NCBI GenBank assembly: GCA_026713705.1
Contig: JAPONY010000051.1
Span: 64,015 to 128,014 of the forward strand
Direction of reading: 5' to 3'
DNA: 64,000 nt
Source: Gammaproteobacteria bacterium
GTDB taxonomy: Bacteria > Pseudomonadota > Gammaproteobacteria > Poriferisulfidales > Poriferisulfidaceae
Shown here in pieces: positions 8,685 to 18,369 of the stretch (positions within the stretch are counted from its first letter, which is position 1; each line of letters opens with the position of its first letter). Under the pieces are notes generated by a model. The model worked only from the letters and a program-made list of their open reading frames with translations. It did no database searches and was not told the origin of the DNA. A program made the position numbers and the translations under genes.

Positions 8685-10975
8685 TAGTTGAAGACCTCCG
8701 GATGCTCCTGCTTGGCATATTCGAGAATCTGTTCATCGGTCGCCTCGGCATCGCGGTTCTTGTTGCGCCATGCCGCGATGTAGCCTTCGGTGCCCCCGAG
8801 CTCCTTGAGACGCGCCTTCTTGGTCGTCTCCGGATCCGCCTTCTCGATCTCGGCCAGGCACGAGTAGAAAGTTGGGCTCATGCCGAAGTCGGTCAGCATC
8901 TCCGTGTTCAGGACGTTCACGTTGATCCCGCCGGGGGTGTTGCTGCCCTTGAACTGCTTCTGTGTCGCGCACACGCCATCGAGCAGGCCCTTGATGACGA
9001 CCGCATAGCAATAGGTTTCACCGCGATCGTTGTACAGGCGCACCAAGTCTCCATCCTCGATGCCTCGCTCCTTGGCGTCATTGACGCTCATCTCTACCGT
9101 GGGCCGGGACATCATCGCCTGCAGCCTCGGCACCGACTGGAACGAGTCGCCGATGAAGTAGTGGGCGGCCGAACTCAGCACCTGGATCGGGTAATCCTTG
9201 CGCTTCGGATCCTCCTGGCCCTCTATCTCCGGATTGTAGGTCGGCAACGGGTCCTGCCCTTCGTCCGCCAGCGTCTGGCTGAAGATCTCGATCTTCTTGC
9301 TCGCGGTCGGCCAGCCGATATTCAGGAAATCGCGCCGCTTCGAGTTGTCGCTGGCCCGTGCCCAGCCATTCTTCTCCATCTGCTCGTAGGTGATCCCTTC
9401 CATCAGCGGGTTGACCTCTTCGTCGAACAGGATGTCGCGGATCATCTCCTCGTCGGTCTGGGTGAACGCGTTGTCGTCCTCTTCCACGTAGCCCATCTTC
9501 TGCGCCATGCGGCGGAACAGGTCGGTGTTGGCACAGCTTTCGCCCAGCGGCTCGATGACCGGCTTGTTCAGGTTGAAGTGCCAATGCCCGTAGGCGGCAT
9601 GGAGATCCATGCGCTCGAGCTGCGTGTCTGCCGGCAGCACCACGTCCGCATAGTTGCAGGTGTCCGTCCAGAATGTGTCGTGCACCGCCACGAACAGGTC
9701 GTCGCGCATCAGCCCACGGCGGACGTTGCCCGAATTCGGCGCGCAATTCGCCGGGTCCGAGTTGTACACGAAGATCGACTTGATCGGCGGGTCCAGCGGC
9801 TTGTCGTCCACGCCGATGTGGTCGGCGAGGGCGCGGCCGATCTGCACCATGTTGACCACCCGCTTCTCGGCCCGGTTGCCGAGATCCGGGCGTTGCAGTT
9901 TCTCCAGGTTGAACTGCAGCCACATCTCCTCCAGCGTCCCGAACGCGGCGCCGCCGTTCGGCGCACGCCAGGCGCCGGTAATGCAGGGCATCACCAGGAT
10001 GGCCCGGCAGGTCTGTCCGGAGTTCTGGTGGCGGTTGAGCCCGTAGTTGGCGCGGATGAAGGATTTCTTCGCCTTGCCGTACATCAGGGCGAATTTCTCG
10101 ATGTCCGCCTCCGACACGCCAGTAATTTTCGACACCTTGTCGACCGGATATTCGGGAAGTTTCTCGTTGATGAATTGCTCCCAGCCAAGCGTCTGCTCGC
10201 GCAGGAACGCCTCATCATGCAGGCCGTTGTCGACAATGATCTTCATCGCGCCCAGCGCCAGCGCGGCGTCGGTCCCGGGACGCGGCTGGATGTGCCAGTC
10301 CGCCATCATGGTCGTGCGGGTGATCCGGGGGTCGATGACGATCAACTTGGCCCCCCGCTCCTGGGCTTCGCGAATGAACGGAATGGCGTGCACCCCGGTG
10401 CTGACGAGGTTGGCGCCCCACAGGATGATCAGTTCCGCTTCCTGAACCGCATCGTGAACGGCCGGCCCGTTGGCCACGCCGTACGTGTGAATGCCGGCCC
10501 ACATCGCGGCGTAAATGCAGATGGACTGCTCCAGCCGGGCCGCTTCCATCTTGTTCCAGAAGCGCTGGTCCATCGCCCAGTAGCCCAGCATGCCCAGGGT
10601 GCCGGAGTATGAATAAGGTTGCACGGCCTCAGGGCCGTATTCGGCGATCACTTCCTTGAAGTTGTCGGTGACCATGTCCAGTGCCTCGTCCCAGCTGATG
10701 CGCTCGAACTTGGCGCCAGGCCCCCGGGGGCCGACCCGCTTGTGCGGATACAGGACCCGGTTGTCGTTGTAGACCAGGTCCAGGTAATGATTGACTTTAT
10801 TGCACAGGTAACCGCGCGTCACCGGATGGGTGGGGTCGCCTTGGACCCGGACCGCACGCCCCGTGCTGTCGTCGCGAGTCACCAGCATGGAGCAGGTGTC
10901 CGGACAGTCGTGCGGACAGCACACATGGTGCAGAGAATGCCCCTCGGGTACCTTGATTTTTGAAACTTGCGTCAT
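8684..10975 (-). CDS. cytoplasmic molybdopterin (bis-MGD) oxidoreductase catalytic subunit, substrate unknown
   Basis: 763 aa with no signal or Tat motif. N-terminal Fe-S cysteine cluster HHVCCPHDCPDTC. MopB-type body and C-terminal MopB_CT-like domain. Confidence 0.85.
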   Translation of the reverse strand: MTQVSKIKVPEGHSLHHVCCPHDCPDTCSMLVTRDDSTGRAVRVQGDPTHPVTRGYLCNKVNHYLDLVYNDNRVLYPHKRVGPRGPGAKFERISWDEALDMVTDNFKEVIAEYGPEAVQPYSYSGTLGMLGYWAMDQRFWNKMEAARLEQSICIYAAMWAGIHTYGVANGPAVHDAVQEAELIILWGANLVSTGVHAIPFIREAQERGAKLIVIDPRITRTTMMADWHIQPRPGTDAALALGAMKIIVDNGLHDEAFLREQTLGWEQFINEKLPEYPVDKVSKITGVSEADIEKFALMYGKAKKSFIRANYGLNRHQNSGQTCRAILVMPCITGAWRAPNGGAAFGTLEEMWLQFNLEKLQRPDLGNRAEKRVVNMVQIGRALADHIGVDDKPLDPPIKSIFVYNSDPANCAPNSGNVRRGLMRDDLFVAVHDTFWTDTCNYADVVLPADTQLERMDLHAAYGHWHFNLNKPVIEPLGESCANTDLFRRMAQKMGYVEEDDNAFTQTDEEMIRDILFDEEVNPLMEGITYEQMEKNGWARASDNSKRRDFLNIGWPTASKKIEIFSQTLADEGQDPLPTYNPEIEGQEDPKRKDYPIQVLSSAAHYFIGDSFQSVPRLQAMMSRPTVEMSVNDAKERGIEDGDLVRLYNDRGETYCYAVVIKGLLDGVCATQKQFKGSNTPGGINVNVLNTEMLTDFGMSPTFYSCLAEIEKADPETTKKARLKELGGTEGYIAAWRNKNRDAEATDEQILEYAKQEHPEVFN

Positions 10976-11120
10976 AACCTATCCTCGAAAAACCTCGTGG
11001 CAAGCATACTGCCTTGGAATCTCTAAATTATACACAATCACATAAGGGATTTGGATGCCTGAACCCCTTGGTCCGTATAATGAGTTCCTGAACTTTGACT
11101 GCATTTGAACACACGATCCA

Positions 11121-11444
11121 ATGGCTGCAAAACACGCGAATCCCGGCGAAATTGTTGATCTTAAGACCTGGGGCAATGACCCTCGTGAGTTACGCACTCA
11201 AGCGCTCGTAAAAACAGAAAAGATGGAATTGATTCGGCTGTTTTTGCCCGCCGGAAAAGAGATCCCCAACCATAAAGTCCGAGGCCCGATCACTTTGCAC
11301 TGCGTCCAAGGCAAGGCCGAGGTGATAACCATGGGGGCCTCGCAATACATCGCACCGGGACAACTCCTCTTCCTGATGCCCGAAGAAATCCACTCCGTTC
11401 AGGCTGTGGAGGATACGATCCTCCTGCTCACCATAATTTTTTGA
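11121..11444 (+). CDS. cupin-domain protein
   Basis: 107-aa ORF with a cupin_2-like double-stranded beta-helix signature (..PNHKVRGPITLHCVQGKAEV..); divergent from the Mo-enzyme operon. Confidence 0.65.
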   Translation: MAAKHANPGEIVDLKTWGNDPRELRTQALVKTEKMELIRLFLPAGKEIPNHKVRGPITLHCVQGKAEVITMGASQYIAPGQLLFLMPEEIHSVQAVEDTILLLTIIF

Positions 11445-11491
11445 AGAAACATCGAAAAACTACTTGCAGTTTTTTGCCACTGCATCGAGGG

Positions 11492-11568
11492 TGGTGGGTC
11501 GTGCAGGGATCGAACCTGCGACCAACGGATTAAAAGTCCGGTGCTCTACCTAGCTGAGCTAACGACCC
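11492..11568 (-). tRNA. tRNA-Lys (anticodon UUU)
   Basis: Reverse complement reads GGGTCGTTAGCTCAGCTAGGTAGAGCACCGGACTTTTAATCCGTTGGTCGCAGGTTCGATCCCTGCACGACCCACCA, near-identical to E. coli tRNA-Lys, with an encoded CCA. Confidence 0.92.
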
Positions 11569-11578
11569 AGGATTCCGC

Positions 11579-12808
11579 CTATACCGCTTCGTGGCGCCGC
11601 CATTTCTGGGGAATCAGACGCAGATCAGCCATTCCGGTGATCAGGGCACTCCCCCAATTTGCTTCGTCCTCGTAGACCATTTTGTAGTATTGAACCTTCA
11701 TCGTCAACGCGCTGCCCAGGCAGATGCTGACGAAAGTCAAAAACGAACCGATCGCCAGCGTGGAGACGCCGGAAACCGCCTGTCCAATCGTGCAGCCGAT
11801 CGACAGTACCCCGCCAAATCCCATCAGCAACCCGCCAATTACGTGCCGTGCAGCATCGCCGAGCGACTGGAACCACTCTAATCGCAGCCGCCGCGCGACC
11901 AGCGCGTAGAGGAAAGCCCCGGCGATCACTCCCGCTCCCGCCACCATGGCGAAACTCATGAACCGACTGGCCAGCCCGGTCTCCAGATAGCGAATCAGGA
12001 TCGCCGCGGGCTGCACGAAAGTCAGCGACTGGGCACCGACCCCGTAAGGTTGCTCATCGCCCTCCAGAAAGGCAACTTCCTCGATCAACCCCTGCCCCAT
12101 CGACCCGGCCGTCACGTACCAGACCGCCGCGACGCACAGCCCCAGCACGACGCCAGCCAGCACGTTGTCCCGATTCTTCAGGAAGTCGGAGGAACGCAGC
12201 ACCCAGACCAGCATCAGGGCCGCAACGAGCAAGCCGGCCGCGAGCGTCGTCGCGGGTCCCGGCAATCCCAGCAGTCCGGATACGGCCGCCCCCAGGGACT
12301 GGTCCGCGATCCCCAGGTTCCGAAGATCGATGAACGCCGGCTGCATCCACTGCAGGAACACGTAGTAGCCGAAATTGGTGAAGATCATCAGGTAGCCGGC
12401 AACTCCCATCGCCAACAACACCGCTATCGACTTCAGGTTGCCTCCGCCAATGCGCACCATGGTGCGGTTGCCGCAGCCGGAACCTATCGTCATGCCCACC
12501 CCGAACAGGATGCCGCCGATGATGAAACGCGGCCACGGGAACACGGCGGCGCGGTACGGCGGCCGCCCGGTCTCCGCGCTCGTGGTCAGGCTCATGTCTG
12601 CCAGGCCCATGTATTCAAGGATGGCCACGCCCAGCACCGCCACCGCCATGCCGAGCACCCAGGCCCGCATGCGGCCGGAATCGCCCATATTCACGAGGTC
12701 CGAGACGGCCCCCATGGTGCAGAAATTTGTTTTGTAGGCTACCGCGCCCAGGATGATCGTGATGATGAATCCGGCGAGCAGAACCTGGCGATAGATTTCA
12801 AGTTCCAT
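11579..12808 (-). CDS. yeeE: YeeE/YedE-family inner-membrane sulfur-compound (thiosulfate-type) transporter
   Basis: 409-aa polytopic membrane protein with two conserved Cys motifs, FCTMGA and GCTIGQ, characteristic of YeeE/YedE (TsuA). Confidence 0.85.
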   Translation of the reverse strand: MELEIYRQVLLAGFIITIILGAVAYKTNFCTMGAVSDLVNMGDSGRMRAWVLGMAVAVLGVAILEYMGLADMSLTTSAETGRPPYRAAVFPWPRFIIGGILFGVGMTIGSGCGNRTMVRIGGGNLKSIAVLLAMGVAGYLMIFTNFGYYVFLQWMQPAFIDLRNLGIADQSLGAAVSGLLGLPGPATTLAAGLLVAALMLVWVLRSSDFLKNRDNVLAGVVLGLCVAAVWYVTAGSMGQGLIEEVAFLEGDEQPYGVGAQSLTFVQPAAILIRYLETGLASRFMSFAMVAGAGVIAGAFLYALVARRLRLEWFQSLGDAARHVIGGLLMGFGGVLSIGCTIGQAVSGVSTLAIGSFLTFVSICLGSALTMKVQYYKMVYEDEANWGSALITGMADLRLIPQKWRRHEAV

Positions 12809-12864
12809 AGGAAATCATGTGTCGTGCAGCAGGAGATTCAATTGTACAACGGGGCTTCCCACCG

Positions 12865-13548
12865 TCACCTTTTCTGGTAGCGGGTCGGATCTTCGACCTC
12901 GGCCGCTTCGAATCCTTCCCGGCGCAACCGGCAAGCTTCGCAACTCCCGCAGGCACAGCCATCGGAGTCCGCCCGGTAGCATGAAACGGTCATCGAGTAG
13001 TCGACCCCCAACTGCATCCCGGCGCGGATGATGTCGGCCTTGCTCCAATCGATCAACGGGGTATGGATGCGGAACGAGCGGCCCTCCACGCCATCCCGGG
13101 TCGCCAGGTTTGCGGTCTTCTCAAATGCCGCGATGAACTCGCCCCGGCAATCCGGATAGCCCGAATAGTCGATCGCATTGACGCCGATGCAAATATCGTG
13201 GATGTCCCGTGCCTCGGCCAGGGCGAGCGCGATCGACAGGAATACGGTATTGCGGGCCGGGACATAGGTGACGGGGATTCCGTCATCCGGCCCTTCCGGG
13301 ACAGCGACCCCCGGGTCGGTCAGCGCCGAAGCGCCGAAGCGCGCCAGATCCAGTTCCATCTCCACCAGTTCACACCCAGTCTCCCGGGCCAGTCGGCGAG
13401 CCGCCTGCAGCTCCGCTCCGTGCCGCTGCCCATAGTGAACACTCAGGGCGGTCGGGACAAACCCCTCGGCACGGGCCCAGTACAAGACCGTCGCCGAATC
13501 CATGCCGCCGGACAGCAGCACCACGGCGGGTCTAGCGTCCCCGGACAT
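12865..13548 (-). CDS. queC: 7-cyano-7-deazaguanine synthase
   Basis: [12 protein letters not shown]-loop and C-terminal zinc Cys cluster CACGSCEAC. Confidence 0.9.
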   Translation of the reverse strand: MSGDARPAVVLLSGGMDSATVLYWARAEGFVPTALSVHYGQRHGAELQAARRLARETGCELVEMELDLARFGASALTDPGVAVPEGPDDGIPVTYVPARNTVFLSIALALAEARDIHDICIGVNAIDYSGYPDCRGEFIAAFEKTANLATRDGVEGRSFRIHTPLIDWSKADIIRAGMQLGVDYSMTVSCYRADSDGCACGSCEACRLRREGFEAAEVEDPTRYQKR

Positions 13549-14188
13549 CGCCCCACAGCACCTTGTGGAGTTGAACCTGCAGACGCACCGGCAACGCGTC
13601 GGCCACGATCCACTCCCCCAGCTGCCCCGCGTCCTGCTGCTCCCAGGATGGCGAGAAGAATACTTCGCAGTCCCATCGGCGTCCCCGCACCTGGTCGCGC
13701 GCCCACTCGTAATCCTCGCGCGAGCAAATCACGAACTTCACCAGGTCCTCGGACTGCAGATGTTCCAGGTTACTCCAGTCGTTGCGCGCCTCTTCGCCGC
13801 TGCCCGGAGTCTTGATGTCCAGCGCCTTGAGAACCCGCGAGTCCACTTCCGAGACGGACAGCGCCCCGCTGGTCTCCAGAGTCACGCGATACCCCTCATC
13901 ACACAATGCGCTCAGGAGTCTCCCGCATGCCGGCTGTGCCAACGGCTCGCCACCGGTCACGCAAACTTCCTTTATCGGCTGTGCGGCGACGGCCTGCAGG
14001 ATTCCCTCCAGGCTCATCCATTCTCCTTCGGTGAAGGCATAGGCAGTGTCGCAATACCCGCACCGCAGCGGGCAACCGGTCAGGCGGACGAATGCGCTCG
14101 GTCGACCGCTGACCGCCCCCTCTCCTTGAATGGAATGGAAAATTTCGGTGACGCGCAGCCGGATGTCCTGCGCATCCTCTGGAATCAT
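13532..14188 (-). CDS. queE: 7-carboxy-7-deazaguanine synthase (radical SAM)
   Basis: [22 protein letters not shown] motif. The track ORF extends to 14446; it was trimmed to the ATG at 14188, which forms an ATGA overlap with the cpoB stop. Confidence 0.85.
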   Translation of the reverse strand: MIPEDAQDIRLRVTEIFHSIQGEGAVSGRPSAFVRLTGCPLRCGYCDTAYAFTEGEWMSLEGILQAVAAQPIKEVCVTGGEPLAQPACGRLLSALCDEGYRVTLETSGALSVSEVDSRVLKALDIKTPGSGEEARNDWSNLEHLQSEDLVKFVICSREDYEWARDQVRGRRWDCEVFFSPSWEQQDAGQLGEWIVADALPVRLQVQLHKVLWGDVRGR

Positions 14189-15219
14189 TGCTCGCCGCCC
14201 GCGCGGCGTTGCAGTCGGTCCAGCCGTAACTGTGCCAGCCGGGCCAAGTCGCTGCCGGGGTTCTGGTCCCGGACCTCGACCAGAATGGCTTCGGCCCGCC
14301 CGAGGTCGCCTAACTCGAACCATGCATAGCCGGTCTTCAGGCGCGCCGCCTCGCGGCGCGGATTGGCATCGTCGGCAACCACCTCGGCGAAAGCGGCGAT
14401 CGCATCCTGGAAGCGTCCCTCCACATACAGGGCCTCGCCCAGCCAATAGCGGGCCTCCCCGGCATCCTCGTGGGCCGGGTATTTGGTCAGGAACTCGCGG
14501 AACACCTTGGCCGCATCATAGAAATTGAGGTTCCGAAACGCCTCCCGGCCTTGTTCGTACAATCTCGCGGCCGGCTCGTACAGCGTCGGTGAAAAAGCGG
14601 GCTCGTCATCCGGCGGAACCGATGCTTCGCCCTGTACGGAATCACCCTCCGACAGCAGTTCGCTCTCTTCTTGCTCCGACACCGGCGCAGCCACTTCTTC
14701 CTCGCCCGCCGCTGCGGCACCCGCGTCCGGATCCGTCAACTCATCCTGAGACTCGGAAGCCTCTTCATCCTCAAACACAGGGCTGTCGGGATCCTGAGCC
14801 GAGGGCTCGTCTCCCCGGAGCCCGATCCCCTCGACTTCCCGGCGCAATGCCTCCTGCTCCGCCTCCAGGCGGGCCCGTTCTTCAAGTATTGGCGTGATTT
14901 CGGAAGAATCCCCTTGCGCCGGAGGTTCCGCCTCCGCCTCGAACAGGGCTGTCGGATCCATCATGCTTTCGGATTCCACACCATCCGGCCCCCGCACCGG
15001 GGAATCCTGCTGCTGAGCCCGAAGCGCCTCGATCTCCTGTCGCAGCGCGCGCTGCTCCGCTTCCACGCGCTCCAGTGTCTGGAGTATCTGTTCAAGCCAT
15101 GGCGGCTTGGACTCTGTTTCGGGAATGGCATCCTGCGCGAAAGCACAGACACAGCAGGCAAAACCGCCCGCCAACGCGAGCGCACGCCCTTTCCTGCCCA
15201 AACGGACGGAATTCGTCAC
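14185..15219 (-). CDS. cpoB: Tol-Pal system protein CpoB/YbgF (coiled-coil plus TPR)
   Basis: Signal peptide, a long acidic coiled-coil, and C-terminal TPR repeats; it immediately follows pal. Confidence 0.8.
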   Translation of the reverse strand: MTNSVRLGRKGRALALAGGFACCVCAFAQDAIPETESKPPWLEQILQTLERVEAEQRALRQEIEALRAQQQDSPVRGPDGVESESMMDPTALFEAEAEPPAQGDSSEITPILEERARLEAEQEALRREVEGIGLRGDEPSAQDPDSPVFEDEEASESQDELTDPDAGAAAAGEEEVAAPVSEQEESELLSEGDSVQGEASVPPDDEPAFSPTLYEPAARLYEQGREAFRNLNFYDAAKVFREFLTKYPAHEDAGEARYWLGEALYVEGRFQDAIAAFAEVVADDANPRREAARLKTGYAWFELGDLGRAEAILVEVRDQNPGSDLARLAQLRLDRLQRRAGGEQ

Positions 15220-15797
15220 TCTTCCAGGATGATCTCGACCCTGCGGTTCTGTCTCCAGACGCCCTCGCCCTGGCCTGTCACCGCGGGGAGTTCTTCACCG
15301 TAGCTGACCCAGTCTACCTGCTCCGCCAAAGCACCCAATTCCAAAATCACGTCCCGCACGCTCTGCGCCCGGCGTTCGCCCAGCGCCAGGTTGTAGGCCC
15401 GGGTCCCCCGCTCATCCGTATGCCCCTCCAAGCGCAGTCGACCGGACGGGTTGCTCTGCAGGTGCGTCGCCGCGCGTTGGATGATTTCCGCGAACCGCGG
15501 CTTCACCTCGGTGCTGTCATAGTCGAAATAGACAGTCATGCCCTGCGCCGCCGCAGCCGCGGCCGCTCCGTTTTCGAAGTCGCCTTCCGAGCCGATTTCC
15601 AGATCGCCCGTGACGATGTTGCCCTCGTCATCCAGGGCCACGCCCTGGACCGTGTCCGGGTCCTCTTCCGCCAACAGGATTTTTGAATCCTCCACGGCAG
15701 CGGGAGGCTCTTCTTCCGGGACGCTGCAGGCAACGAGCGAAACGCCCAACCCCAGCAGGAACAATGGAAAAACGGTGCTTGAAGAAAGTCGTCGCAT
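15216..15797 (-). CDS. pal: peptidoglycan-associated lipoprotein Pal
   Basis: Lipobox LVAC|S and OmpA-like C-terminal domain (..FDYDSTEVKP..GHTDERGTRAYNLALGERRA). Start trimmed to MRRLSSS.. at ATG 15797. Confidence 0.85.
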   Translation of the reverse strand: MRRLSSSTVFPLFLLGLGVSLVACSVPEEEPPAAVEDSKILLAEEDPDTVQGVALDDEGNIVTGDLEIGSEGDFENGAAAAAAAQGMTVYFDYDSTEVKPRFAEIIQRAATHLQSNPSGRLRLEGHTDERGTRAYNLALGERRAQSVRDVILELGALAEQVDWVSYGEELPAVTGQGEGVWRQNRRVEIILEE

Positions 15798-15807
15798 ATG
15801 TAGTCCT

Positions 15808-17094
15808 TTAGCGTCGATAGGGAGACCAGGCAGGCTCGCGAACATCCGAGTGGGCAAGCCTTAAACGTTGACGGATTCTACCATTATGGCTGGCTAGCAT
15901 CAGCACTTGCTCCCCGGTCTGGGTGGTGCTGGCATAGATCAGGCTGAACCCGTTCGGCGCAAACGACGGGGCTTCGTCCAGAGTGCCGGAGGACAGCGGA
16001 AACAGCCCTTCGCTCTCCGGCTCGAACAGCGCCACGCCGTAGCCGCCCCCCTCGGTCGACTGGACGAACGCCAGATACCGGCCGTCGGCAGACACCACGG
16101 CGTCCGTGGTGTAGTTTCCCGGGACCGGCAGCATCCGGGCGCTCGGATCGCGCAGCCCCTGGCGGTAGAGTTTCGGTTTCCCGCTTCGGTCGGATGTGAA
16201 GACCAGCCCCTGCCCGTCGGCCTCCCAGGCCGGTTCCGTATCGATCCCCGGGCTGTGGGTGAAGCGGGACAAGGCGCCCGTGTCCAAGGCATAGATGAAG
16301 ATCTCCATGTCCCCGTCGACCGTCATGGCCAGGGCCAGCCGCCGGCCATCGGGCGAGAAGGCCGGTGCACTGGAAGTGCGCCCGGATCCCGGCAGGGCCC
16401 TGCGGCTTGCATCCCGCAGACTCTGCAAGAACACCTGCGGACGCCGGGCTTCGAACGACACGTAGGCCAAGTGCCCTCCATCCGGCGACCAGACCGGCGA
16501 CATCAGCGGGCGCGGCGAAGTCAGGATCGCGACCGGATCGTGGCCGTCCGCATCCGCCACGTACAGGCGGTAGCGAACCCGACCGGACGCGCGGGTCTGG
16601 CTGACATAGGCGATCCGGGTGTCGAAGGCGCCGGGGATGCCCGTGACCTGTTCATGCAGTGCGTCCGCGGCCTGATGCGCCAGGCGGCGCAAGTGTTGCG
16701 GCTTCGCCGACAGGCGGCGCGCCAGGACGGCCTTGCCCGCCAGCAGGTCGAACAGTCGAAGATCCAGTTGGAGCCGGCCTACCGCCAGATGCTGCACGAC
16801 CGCCGTCACTGCGTATTCCGCCGGGTTTCCGTCCCAGGCATTCCAATTCAGGTCTCCCCCATTCACGGCTGCCTGGGGTGTCGTTTCAAGACCCAGCACC
16901 CGGAAGAATCCGCTCCTCGCCAAGTCCGCTCCCATCACCTCCGCCAGCTTGCGCTCGGATTCCGAATGCGCGACCAGCGCAATGGGAATGCCTTGCTCAA
17001 CACCCTGGCTGACATCGACTCGAAACTCCGCCTGCGCCGCAGCCGCATACAGCGACAACAGCAGCACACAGGCACGCAGGCGGGTGCCGGTCAT
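15808..17094 (-). CDS. tolB: Tol-Pal system beta-propeller protein TolB
   Basis: Signal peptide, TolB N-domain and WD-like propeller repeats (SPDG.. repeats). Confidence 0.9.
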   Translation of the reverse strand: MTGTRLRACVLLLSLYAAAAQAEFRVDVSQGVEQGIPIALVAHSESERKLAEVMGADLARSGFFRVLGLETTPQAAVNGGDLNWNAWDGNPAEYAVTAVVQHLAVGRLQLDLRLFDLLAGKAVLARRLSAKPQHLRRLAHQAADALHEQVTGIPGAFDTRIAYVSQTRASGRVRYRLYVADADGHDPVAILTSPRPLMSPVWSPDGGHLAYVSFEARRPQVFLQSLRDASRRALPGSGRTSSAPAFSPDGRRLALAMTVDGDMEIFIYALDTGALSRFTHSPGIDTEPAWEADGQGLVFTSDRSGKPKLYRQGLRDPSARMLPVPGNYTTDAVVSADGRYLAFVQSTEGGGYGVALFEPESEGLFPLSSGTLDEAPSFAPNGFSLIYASTTQTGEQVLMLASHNGRIRQRLRLAHSDVREPAWSPYRR

Positions 17095-17095
17095 G

Positions 17096-17938
17096 TCAGC
17101 GAGCCCTCTTCGGGTGGAATGTAATGACCAGACGACGATCGAACAATTCCGGATCCGGGGGGCGCGGTAGCGGGCTGGCTTTCAGCACAGCATTACGCAG
17201 GGACTCCTGCCAGGCCTGCGAGGCCTGGCAACCCTGCACCTTGGCGGACAGCACTTCGCCCTTTCCATCCTGTTCCACGACCACCTCGCACGGTGCAATG
17301 CGGACTGCGGGGGGCTGCAACCAAACCCGCTCGATTCTTTTCTTGATTGCGATGCGCCAGATGTCCGCCTGCCGGGCCCGCCGGGCGGCTTCTCGCTGGC
17401 GCCGACGCGATTGCTCCTCCCGGCGCGCCTGAGCCCGATCTTCGGCTTCCTTCAACTTTCGCGCCTCCTCCTTGGCCTTGCGTTCGGCTTCGGCTTTCCG
17501 ACGCGCCTCCTGCTCCCTCTTTCGCTTCTCCGCGCGCTTACGCTTGGCCTCCTCTTTCGCCTTGCGCTTGGCCTCGGCCCGTGCCGCCGCTTTTTTCTTC
17601 TTCTCCTCGGCCTTCAGGCGTGTCTCCTCTTCTGCCTTGCGTTTCTCCTCGCGCTTGCGCTTGGCTTCCTTTTTCTGTGCCTCGCGCTCCCGCTGCTTGC
17701 GCAGCTCTTCTTCGCGCAATGCCTGCCGGTGCGCCTCGCGCTTCTGCTCCAGCAATTTCTCGTCGGCCGCCTGCACACGTACCGCTTCGACATCCGGGCG
17801 CGACGGGATGTTGGAGCGGGCCGGTTCGGCTCCGAACTGCAGCAGCAACCCCACGATCACCGCATGAACAAAGACCGCTCCGAGCCAGGAGACCGGACTG
17901 ATCCGGCTGCGGCGGATCCCCCGCGCCAACCGGCTCAT
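17096..17938 (-). CDS. tolA: TolA
   Basis: N-terminal TM helix, a long K/A/E/R-rich helical domain, and a conserved C-terminal domain. Confidence 0.8.
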   Translation of the reverse strand: MSRLARGIRRSRISPVSWLGAVFVHAVIVGLLLQFGAEPARSNIPSRPDVEAVRVQAADEKLLEQKREAHRQALREEELRKQREREAQKKEAKRKREEKRKAEEETRLKAEEKKKKAAARAEAKRKAKEEAKRKRAEKRKREQEARRKAEAERKAKEEARKLKEAEDRAQARREEQSRRRQREAARRARQADIWRIAIKKRIERVWLQPPAVRIAPCEVVVEQDGKGEVLSAKVQGCQASQAWQESLRNAVLKASPLPRPPDPELFDRRLVITFHPKRAR

Positions 17939-18369
17939 GGGGTCACCGGCGGAGGCTGCGTGAGCAGGCTCAAAGCCGGGACGCCCGCCTGATCGAGCCG
18001 GGCGATGGTCGCCACCACCGTGCCGTACGGCAGCCGGGCGTCGGCGCGGACGTACAGCGTGTCGTCATCTCCCTCCCGGATCATGCCCTCGACCAGGCCC
18101 GGCAGGTCCGCCTCTTCCACGGGATAGGCGAACACCCCTTCCCGGATCAGGCGGAGTTCTCCGTTCTGGTTGATCTCCAGGACCAGCGGCTCGCGGTAAG
18201 GTTCCGGTTCGACCGGCTCGGAAGCCGCCTCCGGCAGTTCGATCAGCAAGCCTTGCTGCATCAGCGGCGTCGCGATCATGAAGATCAGCAGGAGCACCAG
18301 CATGACGTCCACGTACGGCACGATATTGATCTCCGATATGTGCCGGCGCGAACTTCGCAACGGGTTCAT
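17935..18369 (-). CDS. tolR: TolR (ExbD family)
   Basis: ExbD/TolR biopolymer-transport fold (EINIVPYVDVMLVLLLIFM). Confidence 0.85.
   Translation of the reverse strand: MNPLRSSRRHISEINIVPYVDVMLVLLLIFMIATPLMQQGLLIELPEAASEPVEPEPYREPLVLEINQNGELRLIREGVFAYPVEEADLPGLVEGMIREGDDDTLYVRADARLPYGTVVATIARLDQAGVPALSLLTQPPPVTP

Noticed and set aside
8621-10612. 663-aa plus-strand ORF, plus 7794-8687 on the plus strand
   Set aside because: Antisense to the Mo oxidoreductase and its electron-transfer subunit. No recognisable motifs.
10976-11120. Possible Moco riboswitch or promoter upstream of the Mo-enzyme operon
   Set aside because: A perfect TATAAT lies on the minus strand (11032-11027) but there is no convincing -35. 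I could not recognise the Moco-riboswitch consensus by eye; a covariance-model scan is needed.
11492-11568. tRNA-Lys as an integration site for the sulfur/Mo gene block
   Set aside because: No direct repeat of the tRNA 3' end was found in the surveyed intergenic regions to the left, and the composition there is host-like.
12050-12880. 276-aa plus-strand ORF
   Set aside because: Antisense to yeeE, which carries the convincing FCTMGA and GCTIGQ motifs on the minus strand.
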